The notes: generated by a model not told the origin, from the letters alone. DNA of 64,000 nt from an uncultured Chloroflexia bacterium (GCA_963798955.1 CAWCVO010000002.1:512122-576121), one strand, 5' to 3'; numbered from the stretch's first letter, positions 41,593 to 54,360 are shown. Numbers and translations are program-made.

Positions 41593-43503
41593 GTGACGGA
41601 TTTCGTCCTCGGCCAGCCGGACCCGCCGCGGTCCCGACTCGGCGCCCGGTTCGCGGCCGTCGGCCTCGTCGTCGTGCTCGTGGTGTGTCTGCTAACCACT
41701 CGGCTCTTCTACCTGCAGGTCATGCAGGGTGGGTATTTCGCCGGCCTCAGTGAGGACAGCCAGAGCGCATCGGTCCCTCTCGCCGCTGCGCGCGGCCTGA
41801 TCTATGACCGAAACGGTCGGCCGCTGGCCATCAACGTGCCTTCCTACGTGGTTCGCATCCGTCCGGCCGACCTCCCCTTCCCGGACCGCGACGCGGTGGT
41901 CGGCGAACTATCGACGCTGCTGGACATACCCTCGTCGCAGATCATCCAGCTCCTTGACAGTTACGCCAATCGCCAGTTCGATCAGGTGCAGATCGCCTCG
42001 GACGTGCCCAGCGATGTCGCGCGAATCCTCATTGAGGACAGCCGTAACCTGCCCGGCGTGGCCGTTACCGTGGACGAACGGCGCGAGTACGAGTACGGCT
42101 CACTCATGTCCGACATCATCGGCTACAACGGCCAGGTGTCGGCCGATGAGCTGTCGCAACTTTCCGGGCTGGGCTACCTGGGCGGCGATCAGATCGGCCG
42201 GGCCGGCGTCGAGCAGAGCTACGAGTCTGAGCTGCGCGGAGTGAACGGCGAGCAGCAGGTCGAGCGTGACGCTTCGGGCAAGATCGTCCGCACGATCCAG
42301 GTGACGCAGGAGCCGCAGGCCGGCGATTCGCTCGAGCTGACGCTCGATGTCCAGACGCAGCAGGAAGCGCTCGACTCGATCGACTGGGCGCTTCAGTACG
42401 TGCACCTTCAGCGCGCCGTGGTGATCGTCATGAATCCGCAGAACGGCCAGATCCTGGCGATGGTCTCGCTGCCCAACTACGACGACAACCAGTTTGCCCT
42501 GGGCATCTCGTCTGCCGACTACCAATCTCTGCTCGATGATCCCAACCATCCGCTGATCAACTGGGCCATCGGCGACCAGTTCCCGCCCGGGTCGACCTAC
42601 AAGCTGGTGACCGGCTCGGGAGCCTTGATGGACGGCTACATCACCGACACCACTCAGCTGCAAACAGCCGGCTACCTGGAGATCGGCTCGTACAAGTACT
42701 ACGACTGGAACCGAAAGGGCTTTGGCCCGCAGGACATCTACGAGGCATTCGCCCACTCGAGTGACACGTTCTTCTACCAGCTGGCCGGCGATCTGGGCAT
42801 CGATCGGCTGGCCTACTGGGCGCAGGACTGGGGCTTCGGCGCGCCAACTGGGATTGACCTGCCCGGTGAGGCAAACGGGATCGTGCCCACCAATGCGTGG
42901 AAGGAAAGCGTCTTCAACCAGCCGATCTATCCCGGCGAGGTCTATCAGGCGGGCATCGGCCAGGGCTACGACGCGGCCACGCCGCTGCAGCTGCTGAATG
43001 CCTACGCCGCACTGGCCAATGGTGGCACGCTCTACCAGCCGCAAGTCGTCAACCGCGTGCTCGCACCCGATGGCTCGGTGGTCCAGGATTTCCAGCCCCA
43101 GGTTCTCTCACAGGTCGACGTCTCGCCCGACGTTCTTGAGATCATGCGCCAGGCCGCGCGCGACGTGGTCACCAGCCGGACGACGACACTCAACCTGACC
43201 GACGAGCCCATCGCCATCGCGGGCAAGACGGGCACGGCGGAATTCGGCACCCGGGACGCCAACGGCCACTTGCCTTATCACACCTGGTTCGTGGGTTGGG
43301 TGCCGAACCCACCCAACGCACCGTTTGACGCCAATAGAACCGATTCACAGCTCGCCATCCTCGCTTTCGCCTACGCTGCCAACACGCGCGGCAACGCAGC
43401 GGTCGAGATCGTCAAGTACTTCCTGCAGGAGCACTACCACCTGGGTGTCGACCTGACGCGCCCGGACCTGCTCAAGTCGGGCTTCGAATACGCGGGCCAC
43501 TGA
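41593..43503 (+). CDS. mrdA: Penicillin-binding protein 2
   Basis: RLFYLQV, RGLIYDRNG, PPGSTYK (SxxK), SSD, KTGTAE. Confidence 0.93.
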   Translation: MTDFVLGQPDPPRSRLGARFAAVGLVVVLVVCLLTTRLFYLQVMQGGYFAGLSEDSQSASVPLAAARGLIYDRNGRPLAINVPSYVVRIRPADLPFPDRDAVVGELSTLLDIPSSQIIQLLDSYANRQFDQVQIASDVPSDVARILIEDSRNLPGVAVTVDERREYEYGSLMSDIIGYNGQVSADELSQLSGLGYLGGDQIGRAGVEQSYESELRGVNGEQQVERDASGKIVRTIQVTQEPQAGDSLELTLDVQTQQEALDSIDWALQYVHLQRAVVIVMNPQNGQILAMVSLPNYDDNQFALGISSADYQSLLDDPNHPLINWAIGDQFPPGSTYKLVTGSGALMDGYITDTTQLQTAGYLEIGSYKYYDWNRKGFGPQDIYEAFAHSSDTFFYQLAGDLGIDRLAYWAQDWGFGAPTGIDLPGEANGIVPTNAWKESVFNQPIYPGEVYQAGIGQGYDAATPLQLLNAYAALANGGTLYQPQVVNRVLAPDGSVVQDFQPQVLSQVDVSPDVLEIMRQAARDVVTSRTTTLNLTDEPIAIAGKTGTAEFGTRDANGHLPYHTWFVGWVPNPPNAPFDANRTDSQLAILAFAYAANTRGNAAVEIVKYFLQEHYHLGVDLTRPDLLKSGFEYAGH

Positions 43504-43506
43504 CCG

Positions 43507-44655
43507 ATGAGCGTGATGCGTGTCGAGCGCTCGCAGCCAACCGCTCTGGTCACCCGACCCGAGTCCAGCGCGTGGCACCAATTCGACATCCAGTTGGCGT
43601 TCTATGCCCTGGCGCTCGGAATCATTGGCCTGGTGATGGCCTGGACGAACAGCCCCAGCGGCGCGCTCGACCCTGGCTCGACCTTCACTCGCGGCTTGAT
43701 GTGGTTCGCGGTGGCGATCGTCGCCTTCAGCCTCGCCGCCGCCTTCGACTACCGCTGGCTTCGCACGTTCTCGTGGCTGCTCTATCTCGTCAATCTCGGT
43801 TTGCTTCTGCTCACCCTGGCGATCGGGACCGGTATCGGTGGCGTCCAGCGCTGGGTGTCCGTCTTCGGCCTCCAGTTCCAGTTTTCCGAGATATCCAAGG
43901 TCCTCATGATCGCGGTGCTGGCCGCGTTCCTCGCGGCACGCCAGAATCGCCTGGGCAATCTCTCGACCCTGATCGGCGCCGCCCTGCTGACTGCTCCGCC
44001 GTTCGCCCTCGTCATGATCCAGCCCGATCTCGGCACGTCGCTCGTGTTTGGCGCCATCCTCGTGGGCATGCTCTTTCTGAGCGGTGCCGGTATGCGCTGG
44101 CTGGCTGTCGCCGCCGCGGCCTCCGTTTCCGCGCTACCCGTCGTTTGGGCGGTCCTACAGGACTACCAACGGCAGCGGATCATTTCCTTTCTTGATCCGG
44201 CATCTGATCCGCAGGGCGCGGGATACCAGGTCATTCAGTCGCAGATCGCAGTCGGCTCCGGCGGCCTCTTCGGCAAGGGACTGACGAACGGCACGCAGTC
44301 CGCGGCATCCCTGCTTCCCGTGCAGTCGACCGACTTCGCATTCGCCGGCCTGCTGGAGCAACTTGGCTTCGTCGGCGGCCTCGTGGTCTTCCTGCTGTTC
44401 ATCGGCCTGATCTGGCGCGTGCTCCTGGTCGGCTGGCGGTCGAACAGCGTCTTTGGCGTGGCCTTTTCCGGGGGCGTGACAGCCATGCTCGTGTTCCAGC
44501 TACTGGTGAATGCCGGCATGGTGTCCGGGATCATGCCGGTGACCGGCATCCCGCTGCCGTTCATCACCCATGGCGGTGCATCCCTGACGAGCACGGCTAT
44601 CGCCCTGGGCATCCTCCAGAGCATCCACATCCATTTATCCCCTGGCCCCTGGTAG
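43507..44655 (+). CDS. rodA: SEDS peptidoglycan polymerase RodA
   Basis: GVQRWV, QFSEISK, QPDLGTS, GYQVIQSQIAVGSGG, TDFAF, PVTGIPLPFITHGG. Confidence 0.93.
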   Translation: MSVMRVERSQPTALVTRPESSAWHQFDIQLAFYALALGIIGLVMAWTNSPSGALDPGSTFTRGLMWFAVAIVAFSLAAAFDYRWLRTFSWLLYLVNLGLLLLTLAIGTGIGGVQRWVSVFGLQFQFSEISKVLMIAVLAAFLAARQNRLGNLSTLIGAALLTAPPFALVMIQPDLGTSLVFGAILVGMLFLSGAGMRWLAVAAAASVSALPVVWAVLQDYQRQRIISFLDPASDPQGAGYQVIQSQIAVGSGGLFGKGLTNGTQSAASLLPVQSTDFAFAGLLEQLGFVGGLVVFLLFIGLIWRVLLVGWRSNSVFGVAFSGGVTAMLVFQLLVNAGMVSGIMPVTGIPLPFITHGGASLTSTAIALGILQSIHIHLSPGPW

Positions 44656-44677
44656 GCGCGGCGCGACCGGCGCCCCA

Positions 44678-44693
44678 TAGAACGTACGTTCTA
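44678..44693. promoter_or_regulatory. Perfect 16-bp palindrome containing LexA-type box AGAAC-N4-GTTCT upstream of rplU
   Basis: TAGAACGTACGTTCTA. Extended -10 TGCTATCCT at 44723-44731. Confidence 0.6.
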
Positions 44694-44825
44694 ATGCCGC
44701 AGGGCGCAACTGGCGCGGATCGTGCTATCCTTCGCAGTCGCGCCGAGCGCCGCGGCCGATGCCGCGCCGGGTGACAATCACCGTCACGAAACAGCAGGCG
44801 TGTTGGTGCGCCGCTTGGAGAATCC

Positions 44826-45599
44826 ATGTACGCAGTAATCGAAACCGGGGGCAAGCAGTACCGAGTCGAGCTCGGAACTGAGCTGGCCGTGGAGCGACTT
44901 GCCGTCAACCCCGGCGACTCAGTCGAGTTCGACCGAGTGCTCCTCGTGGCAGATGGCGAATCGGCCCACGTCGGTACGCCAACCGTCGCCCAGGCGGCCG
45001 TCACGGCGCAGGTTGTCCGCCAGGATCGCGGCGACAAGGTGATCGTCTTCAAATACCGGCCCAAGGCTCGCCATCGGGCCAAGAAGGGCCACCGCCAGGA
45101 GTTGACGGTGTTGCGCGTGGCGGATATTCGCCTGGACGGTCGCAGTGCCGCCCAGGAAGCCGGTGCGCTGGTACAGGAACAGGAGAAGGTGCACCGCGCC
45201 GCTCAGGCTGAGGCCGAGCGCAAGGCCGCCGCCGACCAGGCACTCGCACAGAAGCTGGCCAAGGCGACCGTGGCGGACGAAACATCCGACGAGCAGGCGT
45301 CCAAGGCAGGCCGGCGGACGGCGAAGTCCACCGCGGCGCAGGCAACGACTGCGAAATCCACGGGAACAAAGTCCAGGGCGACCAAGTCCGCGGCCGCTGA
45401 GTCGGATACGGACAAGTCGTCGGCCAAGGCCACGAAAGCTTCGGCCGGCACCGCCAAGCCGACTCGGCCGAGCGCCCGACCGAAGACTTCCCCGAGTGGT
45501 CGGACCGCGACCACGGCCGCCGGCGCGGATGAGCCGGCCGACAAGGCCAAGGCAGCGCGCGCCCCGCGGGGCGCCAAGAACACGAAGAGGGATTCCTGA
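44826..45599 (+). CDS. rplU: 50S ribosomal protein L21 with long Ala/Lys/Thr/Ser-rich C-terminal extension
   Basis: [14 protein letters not shown]...[10 protein letters not shown]...KGHRQELT, followed by ~150 extra residues. Confidence 0.95.
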   Translation: MYAVIETGGKQYRVELGTELAVERLAVNPGDSVEFDRVLLVADGESAHVGTPTVAQAAVTAQVVRQDRGDKVIVFKYRPKARHRAKKGHRQELTVLRVADIRLDGRSAAQEAGALVQEQEKVHRAAQAEAERKAAADQALAQKLAKATVADETSDEQASKAGRRTAKSTAAQATTAKSTGTKSRATKSAAAESDTDKSSAKATKASAGTAKPTRPSARPKTSPSGRTATTAAGADEPADKAKAARAPRGAKNTKRDS

Positions 45600-45883
45600 T
45601 GGCACACAAGAAGGCTGGCTCCAGCTCCAAGAACGGACGCGACAGCGTCGGCCAGCGGCTGGGCGTCAAGGCCGGCGACGGACAGCTCGTGTCGGCCGGC
45701 TCGATCATCGTGCGCCAGCGCGGCATGACCTTTCTCGCCGGGCCGGGCACCGATCTGGGCCGGGACTACACCGTCTTTGCGACGATCGACGGCCGCGTCA
45801 AGTTCGAGCACGAACGGCACGACAAGAAGCGCATCCGAGTCGTTGCCGACCTGGCTGCCCTGAGCGCAGGGGAGGTCGCATGA
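45599..45883 (+). CDS. rpmA: 50S ribosomal protein L27
   Basis: [16 protein letters not shown]...GSIIVRQRG. Confidence 0.97.
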   Translation: MAHKKAGSSSKNGRDSVGQRLGVKAGDGQLVSAGSIIVRQRGMTFLAGPGTDLGRDYTVFATIDGRVKFEHERHDKKRIRVVADLAALSAGEVA

Positions 45884-46092
45884 AGCCCGATATCCATCCC
45901 CGCTACCAGCGCGCCACGGTGGTCTGCGGCTCTTGCCACACAACGTTTGAGGTTGGCTCGACACAGCCCAACCTGCGCGTCGATATCTGTTCCAGCTGCC
46001 ACCCGTTCTTCACGGGCAAGCAGACAATCGTCGACACGGCCGGTCAGGTCGAACGCTTCCAGAAGCGCCTCGAGCGGTCGGCTCGGCTCTAG
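45880..46092 (+). CDS. rpmE: 50S ribosomal protein L31 (Zn-binding type)
   Basis: [17 protein letters not shown]...CGSC...[14 protein letters not shown]...TAGQVERF. Confidence 0.95.
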   Translation: MKPDIHPRYQRATVVCGSCHTTFEVGSTQPNLRVDICSSCHPFFTGKQTIVDTAGQVERFQKRLERSARL

Positions 46093-46159
46093 TCACCACG
46101 CGGGGCGCCGCGGTCATGGCGGACTGGGCCGGCGGCCCGTCGACCCCTAGACTCGGCTG

Positions 46160-47164
46160 ATGGCACGAGTCGACTTCGGCGGTCAGGCGCTACTCGAAGG
46201 CGTCCTCATGCGCGGTCGGTTTGCGCTCGGCGTGGCCATGCGCCACCCGGACGGCTCGATCGTCGCCGCGCACGAGCAGCTCAATTCCGTGCTGCACCGG
46301 AGTCGATTTGCGCGCGCGCCGTTCTTCCGCGGCCTGGTCGTCCTGTACGAAACCATCGTCGTTGGCACGCGCTGGCTGATGCGCTCGGGCTCGGTCCAGG
46401 CCGCCGCCGAAGGCGCTGAGCTCGGCCGCGGGGCAATCGCCCTGACGCTGCTCGTCACGCTCGTGCTGGCCGTCGGTTTGTTCGTGCTCCTGCCGCTCTT
46501 TCTGGCCGGTGCCACCACCGCTGCCCTGGCCGGTGACCAGGCGCTCCTGCAGCACCTCTTGGAAGGGCTCATTCGTGTGGTCATCTTCGTCGGCTACCTG
46601 CTCGTCGTGAGCCGCTCGGCCGAGATCAGGCGTACCTTCCAGTACCACGGGGCCGAGCACATGACCATCCACGCCCTCGAGCACGAGGATCCGCTCGACA
46701 TCGAGCACGTACGCCGCTACCCCACGGCGCACCAGCGCTGCGGCACGGAATTCCTGGTCATCTTCATCATCCTCAGCATCCTGATGTTCAGTCTCCTCGC
46801 CGGGCAGAGCCTGCTCATCGCGGTGGTCGGCCGCATCCTGCTGATACCGGTCATCGCCTCGCTCGCGTACGAGCTGCTGCGCATCGGCGCGCGCTATCGC
46901 GAACGTGCCTGGATCCGCTGGCTGTTCCTGCCCGGCATCTGGTTGCAGGGCATCACTACGCGCGAACCCGACGACTCGATGATCGAAGTGGCCATCGCAT
47001 CGATGCAGGAGGCGCTGGCCGCCAACGGGGAGGCTGCACCGGCGGGCAGCTACGACCCGCCGCGCCGCGAACTGGCGGCTCCCGCGCCACCGCCGCGTCT
47101 CGAGCCGGAGCCGGTGTCGACAGTTACGGAGGCCGATCCGGCGCCCGACCGCCTGTCGCGATGA
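46160..47164 (+). CDS. DUF1385 membrane protein
   Basis: [37 protein letters not shown]. Usual neighbour of rpmE and prfA. Confidence 0.88.
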   Translation: MARVDFGGQALLEGVLMRGRFALGVAMRHPDGSIVAAHEQLNSVLHRSRFARAPFFRGLVVLYETIVVGTRWLMRSGSVQAAAEGAELGRGAIALTLLVTLVLAVGLFVLLPLFLAGATTAALAGDQALLQHLLEGLIRVVIFVGYLLVVSRSAEIRRTFQYHGAEHMTIHALEHEDPLDIEHVRRYPTAHQRCGTEFLVIFIILSILMFSLLAGQSLLIAVVGRILLIPVIASLAYELLRIGARYRERAWIRWLFLPGIWLQGITTREPDDSMIEVAIASMQEALAANGEAAPAGSYDPPRRELAAPAPPPRLEPEPVSTVTEADPAPDRLSR

Positions 47165-48243
47165 ACGACGAGCACGCGGGTCTCGAACCGCGCCTCGATG
47201 CCCTCGAGCGGCGGCTGAACGAGATCGAAGCCACCTGGGCGCAACCGGACGTCGCTGCCGACCCGACTCGCGCCCGTGACCTCGGGCGCGAGCAGGCTCA
47301 ACTGACGCCGGTGGTTACCGCCTACCGGAGCCTGCGCGAGGCACGTGCCCGCGCGGCATCGGCGCGAGCCGCCGAATCGGACCCGGAACTGCGAGATCTG
47401 GCGCGCGACGAGATCGAGACCGCTGAACGTGACCAGGCGAAGCTGCTCGAGGAGCTGCGCGTGTTGTTGCTGCCGCGCGATCCGAACGACGACAAGAACG
47501 TCATCGTCGAGATCCGCGCGGGGACCGGCGGCGAGGAGGCGGCACTCTTCGCGGCCGAGTTGTTCCGCATGTACAAGCGCTACGCGGAGCGCCGTCGCTG
47601 GCAGACCGAGCTGATCACCGCCAACGAGACTGGCATCGGCGGCCTGCGCGAGGTCATCTTCGAGGTCCGCGGCCAGGGCGCCTACAGCCGGCTGAAGTAC
47701 GAGGGCGGAGTGCACCGCGTCCAGCGGGTGCCGGAAACGGAGTCGAGCGGCCGCATCCACACCTCGACAGCCACGGTAGCGGTACTACCGGAAGCGGACG
47801 AAGTCGAGGTCCAGATCGACGAGAAGGACCTGCGCATCGACGTCTATCGCTCTCAGGGCCCGGGTGGCCAGAGCGTCAACACGACGGACTCGGCCGTCCG
47901 CATCACGCACCTGCCGACGGGGCTCGTGGTGGCCATCCAGGACGAGAAGAGCCAGCACAAGAACAGGGCCAAGGCGATGTCCGTGCTGCGCGCTCGGCTG
48001 CTCGAGATGGAGCAGAGCAGAGCGCACGAGGCAGAGGCCGAGGCACGCCGGCTCATGGTCGGCTCGGGTGAGCGGTCGGAGAAGATCCGCACCTACAACT
48101 ACCCGCAGGATCGCGTCACTGACCATCGCATCAACGTCGACGTCCACAACCTGCCCGGTGTGCTCGACGGCGAACTGGACCGGTTGCTCGACGAGTTGAG
48201 CGCGGTCGATCAGGCGGAGCGACTGGGCCACGCGGGTGGCTGA
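47161..48243 (+). CDS. prfA: Peptide chain release factor 1
   Basis: [17 protein letters not shown] (PxT), [19 protein letters not shown]. Confidence 0.97.
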   Translation: MNDEHAGLEPRLDALERRLNEIEATWAQPDVAADPTRARDLGREQAQLTPVVTAYRSLREARARAASARAAESDPELRDLARDEIETAERDQAKLLEELRVLLLPRDPNDDKNVIVEIRAGTGGEEAALFAAELFRMYKRYAERRRWQTELITANETGIGGLREVIFEVRGQGAYSRLKYEGGVHRVQRVPETESSGRIHTSTATVAVLPEADEVEVQIDEKDLRIDVYRSQGPGGQSVNTTDSAVRITHLPTGLVVAIQDEKSQHKNRAKAMSVLRARLLEMEQSRAHEAEAEARRLMVGSGERSEKIRTYNYPQDRVTDHRINVDVHNLPGVLDGELDRLLDELSAVDQAERLGHAGG

Positions 48244-49141
48244 AGCCCGATTACCGACGACGGTCGGGTCGGCCCTCGCGGCTGCCACCGCGCGTCTGCA
48301 GGAGAGTGGCTCGGAAACGCCGCGCCTCGACGCGGAGCTGTTGCTCGGGCACGCGCTGGGGGTCGACCGCGCGACCCTTCTGGCGGCGCCGCTGGCCATG
48401 CTTGGTGACGGCCAGCGGGCAAGCCTGGCAACCATGCTCGATCGTCGCGCTGCGGGCGAGCCGGTCGCCTACATTCGCGGCCTCAAGGAGTTCTACGGCC
48501 TGGCACTGGCGGTCGACGCCCGGGCGCTGATCCCGCGCCCCGAAACCGAGGCGCTGGTCGAGTTGGCGCTGGCGCGCCTGCGCGATGCGCTCGTGTCCCG
48601 CCCGCGCGACGGCGGACCGCTGACTGTCTGGGACGTGGGTACCGGCAGTGGCGCCATCGTCGTCGCGCTGGCGGTCGAAGCGCGCCGCCGGCGCTACGCC
48701 GTCGACCTTGCTTTCCGTGCGACCGATATTTCGCCCGACGCACTCGGCCTGGCCGTTGAGAACGCCGTTGCGCACGGCGTCGCCGACATCATCGAGTTCG
48801 CCCGACTCGACCTTGCTGGCGAGGGGAGCTGCGACCTTCTGCTGGCCAATCTCCCCTACGTGCCGTCGGCGGTAGTGCCCAAGTTGCCCGTGGCCGCCCA
48901 CTACGAGCCCGCGGTCGCCCTCGACGGTGGCGCGAACGGACTCGAAGTGGTTTGCCGGCTGCTGGCCCAGTTGCCGGTGGCGCTCAAGGCCGACGGCAGC
49001 GCACTGCTCGAGATCGGCTCGGATCAGGTCGATGCCGTCACTGCGGCAGCGGCGGCGACCCTGCCCGATTGGTTGCTGCTTGTCCATCCCGACCTGGGTG
49101 GCGCGCCGCGCGTGGCCGAGCTGGCCAGGACACGTCCGTGA
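48236..49141 (+). CDS. prmC: Release factor glutamine methyltransferase
   Basis: [30 protein letters not shown]. Confidence 0.93.
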   Translation: MAEARLPTTVGSALAAATARLQESGSETPRLDAELLLGHALGVDRATLLAAPLAMLGDGQRASLATMLDRRAAGEPVAYIRGLKEFYGLALAVDARALIPRPETEALVELALARLRDALVSRPRDGGPLTVWDVGTGSGAIVVALAVEARRRRYAVDLAFRATDISPDALGLAVENAVAHGVADIIEFARLDLAGEGSCDLLLANLPYVPSAVVPKLPVAAHYEPAVALDGGANGLEVVCRLLAQLPVALKADGSALLEIGSDQVDAVTAAAAATLPDWLLLVHPDLGGAPRVAELARTRP

Positions 49142-49770
49142 CGGCGCGCCTGCTCGCCGCCGGCGACCCAGCGACGCTCGGTGCCGCGGCCGCGGCGCTG
49201 CGTGCCGACATGGTCATCGCGCTGCCCACCGAGACGGTCTACGGCGTCGCCGCGCTGCCAACCGAGGCGGCCGTGGAGCGACTGATCGAGGTCAAGCGGC
49301 GCTCCGCCGAGAAGGGCATCCAGCTGCTCATCGATTCGATCGACCAGGCGCGCTCGATCGCCATTCTGTCGCCGCTCGCCGAGCGGCTGGCCGCCGCGTT
49401 CTGGCCCGGTGGCCTGACGCTCATCCTGCCGCGCAACGAGGCGGCGGACCTGCCTGTGCTGCTCGGCGGCGGCCGGCCCACGCTCGGCCTGCGCCTGCCC
49501 GACCACGCTGTGCCGCGCGCCCTGGCGCGGCAACTCGGACCACTCGCGGCGAGCTCGGCCAACCTGTCCGGCCTGCCGCCGGCGCTCACCGCGTCGGCCG
49601 TTCTCGGGACGCTGTCCGACGAGTTGGCGCTCGTCATCGACGACGGGCCGGTGCGCGGCGGCGTTGCCTCGACCGTGGTGGACTGCGGTTCCGACCCGCA
49701 TGCCGCGCACGTGCTGCGCGAAGGCGCCATTGCGGCGTCGGACATCGCCCGGGCCTCAGGCGAGGACTAG
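49138..49770 (+). CDS. tsaC: L-threonylcarbamoyladenylate synthase (TsaC/Sua5)
   Basis: [27 protein letters not shown]. The GTG overlaps the prmC stop. Confidence 0.9.
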   Translation: MTARLLAAGDPATLGAAAAALRADMVIALPTETVYGVAALPTEAAVERLIEVKRRSAEKGIQLLIDSIDQARSIAILSPLAERLAAAFWPGGLTLILPRNEAADLPVLLGGGRPTLGLRLPDHAVPRALARQLGPLAASSANLSGLPPALTASAVLGTLSDELALVIDDGPVRGGVASTVVDCGSDPHAAHVLREGAIAASDIARASGED

Positions 49771-49781
49771 ACTTCGCCCCT

Positions 49782-51061
<1,280 letters not shown>

Positions 51062-51065
<4 letters not shown>

Positions 51066-52186
51066 GCAAGGACGCCCTCGACGCCTTACCGCTGATACTG
51101 CTGGCGCTGGTTGCCTCGGCCGTGGTCAGCTTCGTACTGACACCGTTCGTGATCCGGCTGGCGCCGCGGCTGTCGGCCATCGATGTGCCCGACGACGAGC
51201 GCCGCGTGCACGAACGACCCATTCCGCGTACCGGCGGAATCGCCGTCGCCCTTGCCTTCGTCGGCGTGGGACTCGCCGGTGTGCTGGCCAATGCAATCTT
51301 CGAGTTCGTGCCCTTGCGTGCCGTGCGCGTACCGGAGCTGGGTGGGCTGTTCGTGGGCGTGTCGGTCGGTGCGCTCATCGGTTACCTGGACGACCGCCTG
51401 CAGTTGCGCGCCCGATGGCAGTTCGTGGGGCAGTTCGCGCTGGCCGCCATCGCCCTTGCCGCCGGCATCACCATCGATCGCCTGCCCAACCCACTGGGCG
51501 ACCAGGCGATCGCCCTCAACTCGCTCGGCGACATCGCGATCATGGCGGCGACGACGCTGTGGTTCGTGGGCATGCTCAACAGCGTCAACTTCATCGACGG
51601 CCTCGACGGGTTGCTCACCGGCGTGGCGACCATCGCCGTGGTCGCGCTCGGCATCAACTCGCTGCTGGCCCCCGTGCAGCCGCTGGTGGCGGCCCTGTGT
51701 GCCCTGCTCGCCGGCTCCTTGCTCGGGTTCCTGCCGTACAACTTCCATCCGGCGCGCGTCTTCATCGGCACCGCCGGGGTGTTCGCGGTGGGCTACGCGC
51801 TGGCCGCACTGTCAGTGCTCGGCACGGCCAAGGTTGCGCTGGCACTGCTCGTGCTGGGCGTACCGATCATCGATGCCTTCTGGATCATCATCCGGCGCGT
51901 CTCGTCGGGCCGCTCGCCGTTCTCGGCGGACCGCGGCCACTTCCACCATCGGCTGCTCGACCTGGGTCTCAGCCACCGCCAGGCGGTGCTGCTCATCTAC
52001 CTGATCGGCATCCTCCTGGCCGTCGGCGGCTTCGTCCTGTCGGGCCGCGGGCAGATCTCATTCTTCCTGACCGTGGTCATCGGTGGCGGCGTGGCCCTGT
52101 TCCTGCTCACGCGGCGCGCTTCCGGCGGCCTGGAGCGCTCCAGCTATCCCGCCGATGGCGATGAGGAGCGCCGGGAACGCGCCTGA
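51062..52186 (+). CDS. WecA/TagO-like undecaprenyl-phosphate GlcNAc-1-phosphate transferase
   Basis: [40 protein letters not shown]. Confidence 0.88.
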
Positions 52187-52223
52187 GCCGCTGCTATACT
52201 CCGCGCGCGTTATTGGGCCGGCA

Positions 52224-52445
52224 ATGAACGATCTACCGCGACTGGGTGCCTACTTCGCCTTGTTCTCGGGGATCGGCCTGACCCTGATCATGACAATCCT
52301 GCCGGGCATCCTGCTCGGCTGGCTGGTCGACCAGCAGCTCCATACCCTCCCCATCTTCGTGCTCGTCGGTGCGCTGCTGGGGATGGCCGTCGGCGCTCTG
52401 GTCGTCGCGCGTCAGATCAGCAGGTTCCTCGACCGGTTCGAGTAA
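52224..52445 (+). CDS. AtpZ/AtpI family protein
   Basis: Two TMs with LGWLVDQQLHTLP. First gene of the atp operon, TATACT at 52195-52200. Confidence 0.75.
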   Translation: MNDLPRLGAYFALFSGIGLTLIMTILPGILLGWLVDQQLHTLPIFVLVGALLGMAVGALVVARQISRFLDRFE

Positions 52446-52458
52446 CTGGGGAGTGAGA

Positions 52459-53472
52459 GTGTCGACCGAATCGGAGCCAGCGGCCGCGCAAGCGGAGGAG
52501 TCCCCGGCGCGCCCGTCAAACGGCCGCCGCTGGCTGATCGCGTTCGCGGTGATCGTGGTCGTTCTGGACATCGCCGCCGCCATCCTGGCGCCGCCGTCCG
52601 GTTTTCCTGATCCCAAGTCGACGATCGCACAGAACATCGAGCCACCGCCACCGACCGTCGTCCTCGATCTGGCGCCGGGTGCGACTGAGACACCCGCGGC
52701 CCTGGAAATCACGTTTCACCCGAGCATCACATCGACCATCCTGACCTCGTGGATCGTGATGCTGGTCATCCTGGTCCTGGCGATTTTCGCCTCGCGCGGC
52801 ACGCGCCTGATCCCCGGCCGCCTGCAGAACGCCTGGGAATGGGTGTACGAGCAATTCGCCAACTTCGGCATGGCCCTCGGCGGCCCACCGGCGCGCCCGT
52901 ACATACCGCTCTTCGCCGCTCTCTTCCTGTTCATCATGATCGCCAACTGGACGGACCTGCTGCTGTTCGGCGACAAGGTCAACTACCTGCGTACGCCGAC
53001 CAGCGACATCAACATCACCGTTGGCCTGGCCCTCGTTTCCTTCGTCGTATTCCACGTTGAGGGCGTGCGCAGGCTGGGCGTTCGCGGATACCTGGGCAAG
53101 TTCTTCAACTTCACCGGCTTTCGGCGGGGCGTCACCGACGGTCTGATCGACCTGTTCGTGGGCCTGATCGAGTTCATGCTCGAGTTCTTCAAGCCGGTCA
53201 CGCTGGCCTTCCGACTCTTCGGCAACCTGTATGGCGGCGGCATCATGGTTGGCGTCTTCACCGCCCTGCTCTTCGCCGTGCTGCCGCTGCCGTTCATCGC
53301 CCTGGAGGGCTTCATCGGCTTTGTCCAGGCGCTCATCTTCGCGGTCCTCACGCTGATGTTCACCCTGATCGCCATCGAAGGGCATGGTGAGGAGGAACAT
53401 GCAGCGCCCGTTTACGCTACTGAACCGGAGGGCAACATCCCGCCGCCACTGAGCGCCACAGCGTCACATTAG
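52459..53472 (+). CDS. atpB: F0 ATP synthase subunit a
   Basis: PGRLQN, RTPTSD, TLAFRLFGN, VQALIF. Confidence 0.93.
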   Translation: MSTESEPAAAQAEESPARPSNGRRWLIAFAVIVVVLDIAAAILAPPSGFPDPKSTIAQNIEPPPPTVVLDLAPGATETPAALEITFHPSITSTILTSWIVMLVILVLAIFASRGTRLIPGRLQNAWEWVYEQFANFGMALGGPPARPYIPLFAALFLFIMIANWTDLLLFGDKVNYLRTPTSDINITVGLALVSFVVFHVEGVRRLGVRGYLGKFFNFTGFRRGVTDGLIDLFVGLIEFMLEFFKPVTLAFRLFGNLYGGGIMVGVFTALLFAVLPLPFIALEGFIGFVQALIFAVLTLMFTLIAIEGHGEEEHAAPVYATEPEGNIPPPLSATASH

Positions 53473-53543
53473 GCAACCGAAACACCAGCAATCGCCGCGA
53501 GTCGCTGCACCCGCAGCGGCCGGGCACGAAGGAGGAGAGACAC

Positions 53544-53762
53544 ATGGACCTCGCCCAGATCGGAGCCGGCCTGGCCGCGCTTGGGGTCATTGGCCCGGGC
53601 ATCGGCATCGGCATTCTGACCGGCATGTCGACCAGCGCGATGGGACGCAATCCCGACGCCGCGGGCATCATCCGCGCCACGTTCATCATCGGCGCCGCGT
53701 TCGCCGAGGGCCTTGGCGTGCTGGCGTTCGTGGTCGGGGTCCTGATCGTCTTCCTGAAGTAG
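53544..53762 (+). CDS. atpE: F0 ATP synthase subunit c
   Basis: GPGIGIG, RNPD, FAEGL (conserved Glu). Confidence 0.95.
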   Translation: MDLAQIGAGLAALGVIGPGIGIGILTGMSTSAMGRNPDAAGIIRATFIIGAAFAEGLGVLAFVVGVLIVFLK

Positions 53763-53777
53763 CGCCAGGTCGCGACC

Positions 53778-54359
53778 TTGAACTTCCTGCTTGCCGTACT
53801 CGGCCCCTTCGCGACCCAGCCGCTGGCTGCGCCGCCGCAAGAGGCTGCGACCGGCATCGTCTTCAACGGCTTCTGGATCCTGGTTGCCGCGCTCAACTTC
53901 CTGTTCTTCCTGGTCGTACTGCAGGTCTTCGCCTTCAAGCCGGTGAGCCGGATGCTCGAGGAGCGGCGCACGCGAATCGAGCAGGGGCTCAAGGATGCCG
54001 ACGCCGCACGAGTCGAGCGCGAGGAGGCGGCCAACGAACGCCTGTCGGTCCTCGCCCAGGCCCGCGCCGAGGCCGAGGAGATCCTGACCCGTGCGCAGAA
54101 GCTGGCCGATGACAACCGGGAACGCGACATGGCCGAGACGCGCGCCCAGCTCGAGCAGATGCGCGAGCGGGCGGCAGCGGACATCAACGCGGAAAGGGAA
54201 CGGGCCCTCGCCGACGTGCGTGGCCAGGTCGCCGAGCTGGCCCTCGCGGCCGCCGCCCGCGTGGTGGGCGAAACCAGGACCAGCGAGCGCGAACGCCGGC
54301 TGGTCGAGGAGTTCCTGACCGAGGTCAAGCCCGCCCAGCCGCCGGCGGAGCGCAGCTAG
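53778..54359 (+). CDS. atpF: F0 ATP synthase subunit b
   Basis: ALNFLFFLVVL...KPVSRMLEERRTRI, then coiled coil. Confidence 0.92.
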   Translation: MNFLLAVLGPFATQPLAAPPQEAATGIVFNGFWILVAALNFLFFLVVLQVFAFKPVSRMLEERRTRIEQGLKDADAARVEREEAANERLSVLAQARAEAEEILTRAQKLADDNRERDMAETRAQLEQMRERAAADINAERERALADVRGQVAELALAAAARVVGETRTSERERRLVEEFLTEVKPAQPPAERS

Positions 54360-54360
54360 C

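Noticed and set aside
44735-44825. L21 leader RNA
   Set aside because: The region is GC-rich and could fold, but I cannot match it to a known Rfam structure by eye.
48927-49781. 712-aa GlyA fusion suggested by the ORF track
   Set aside because: The upstream part overlaps prmC and tsaC in another frame. GlyA starts at GTG 49782 after a TAGACT -10.
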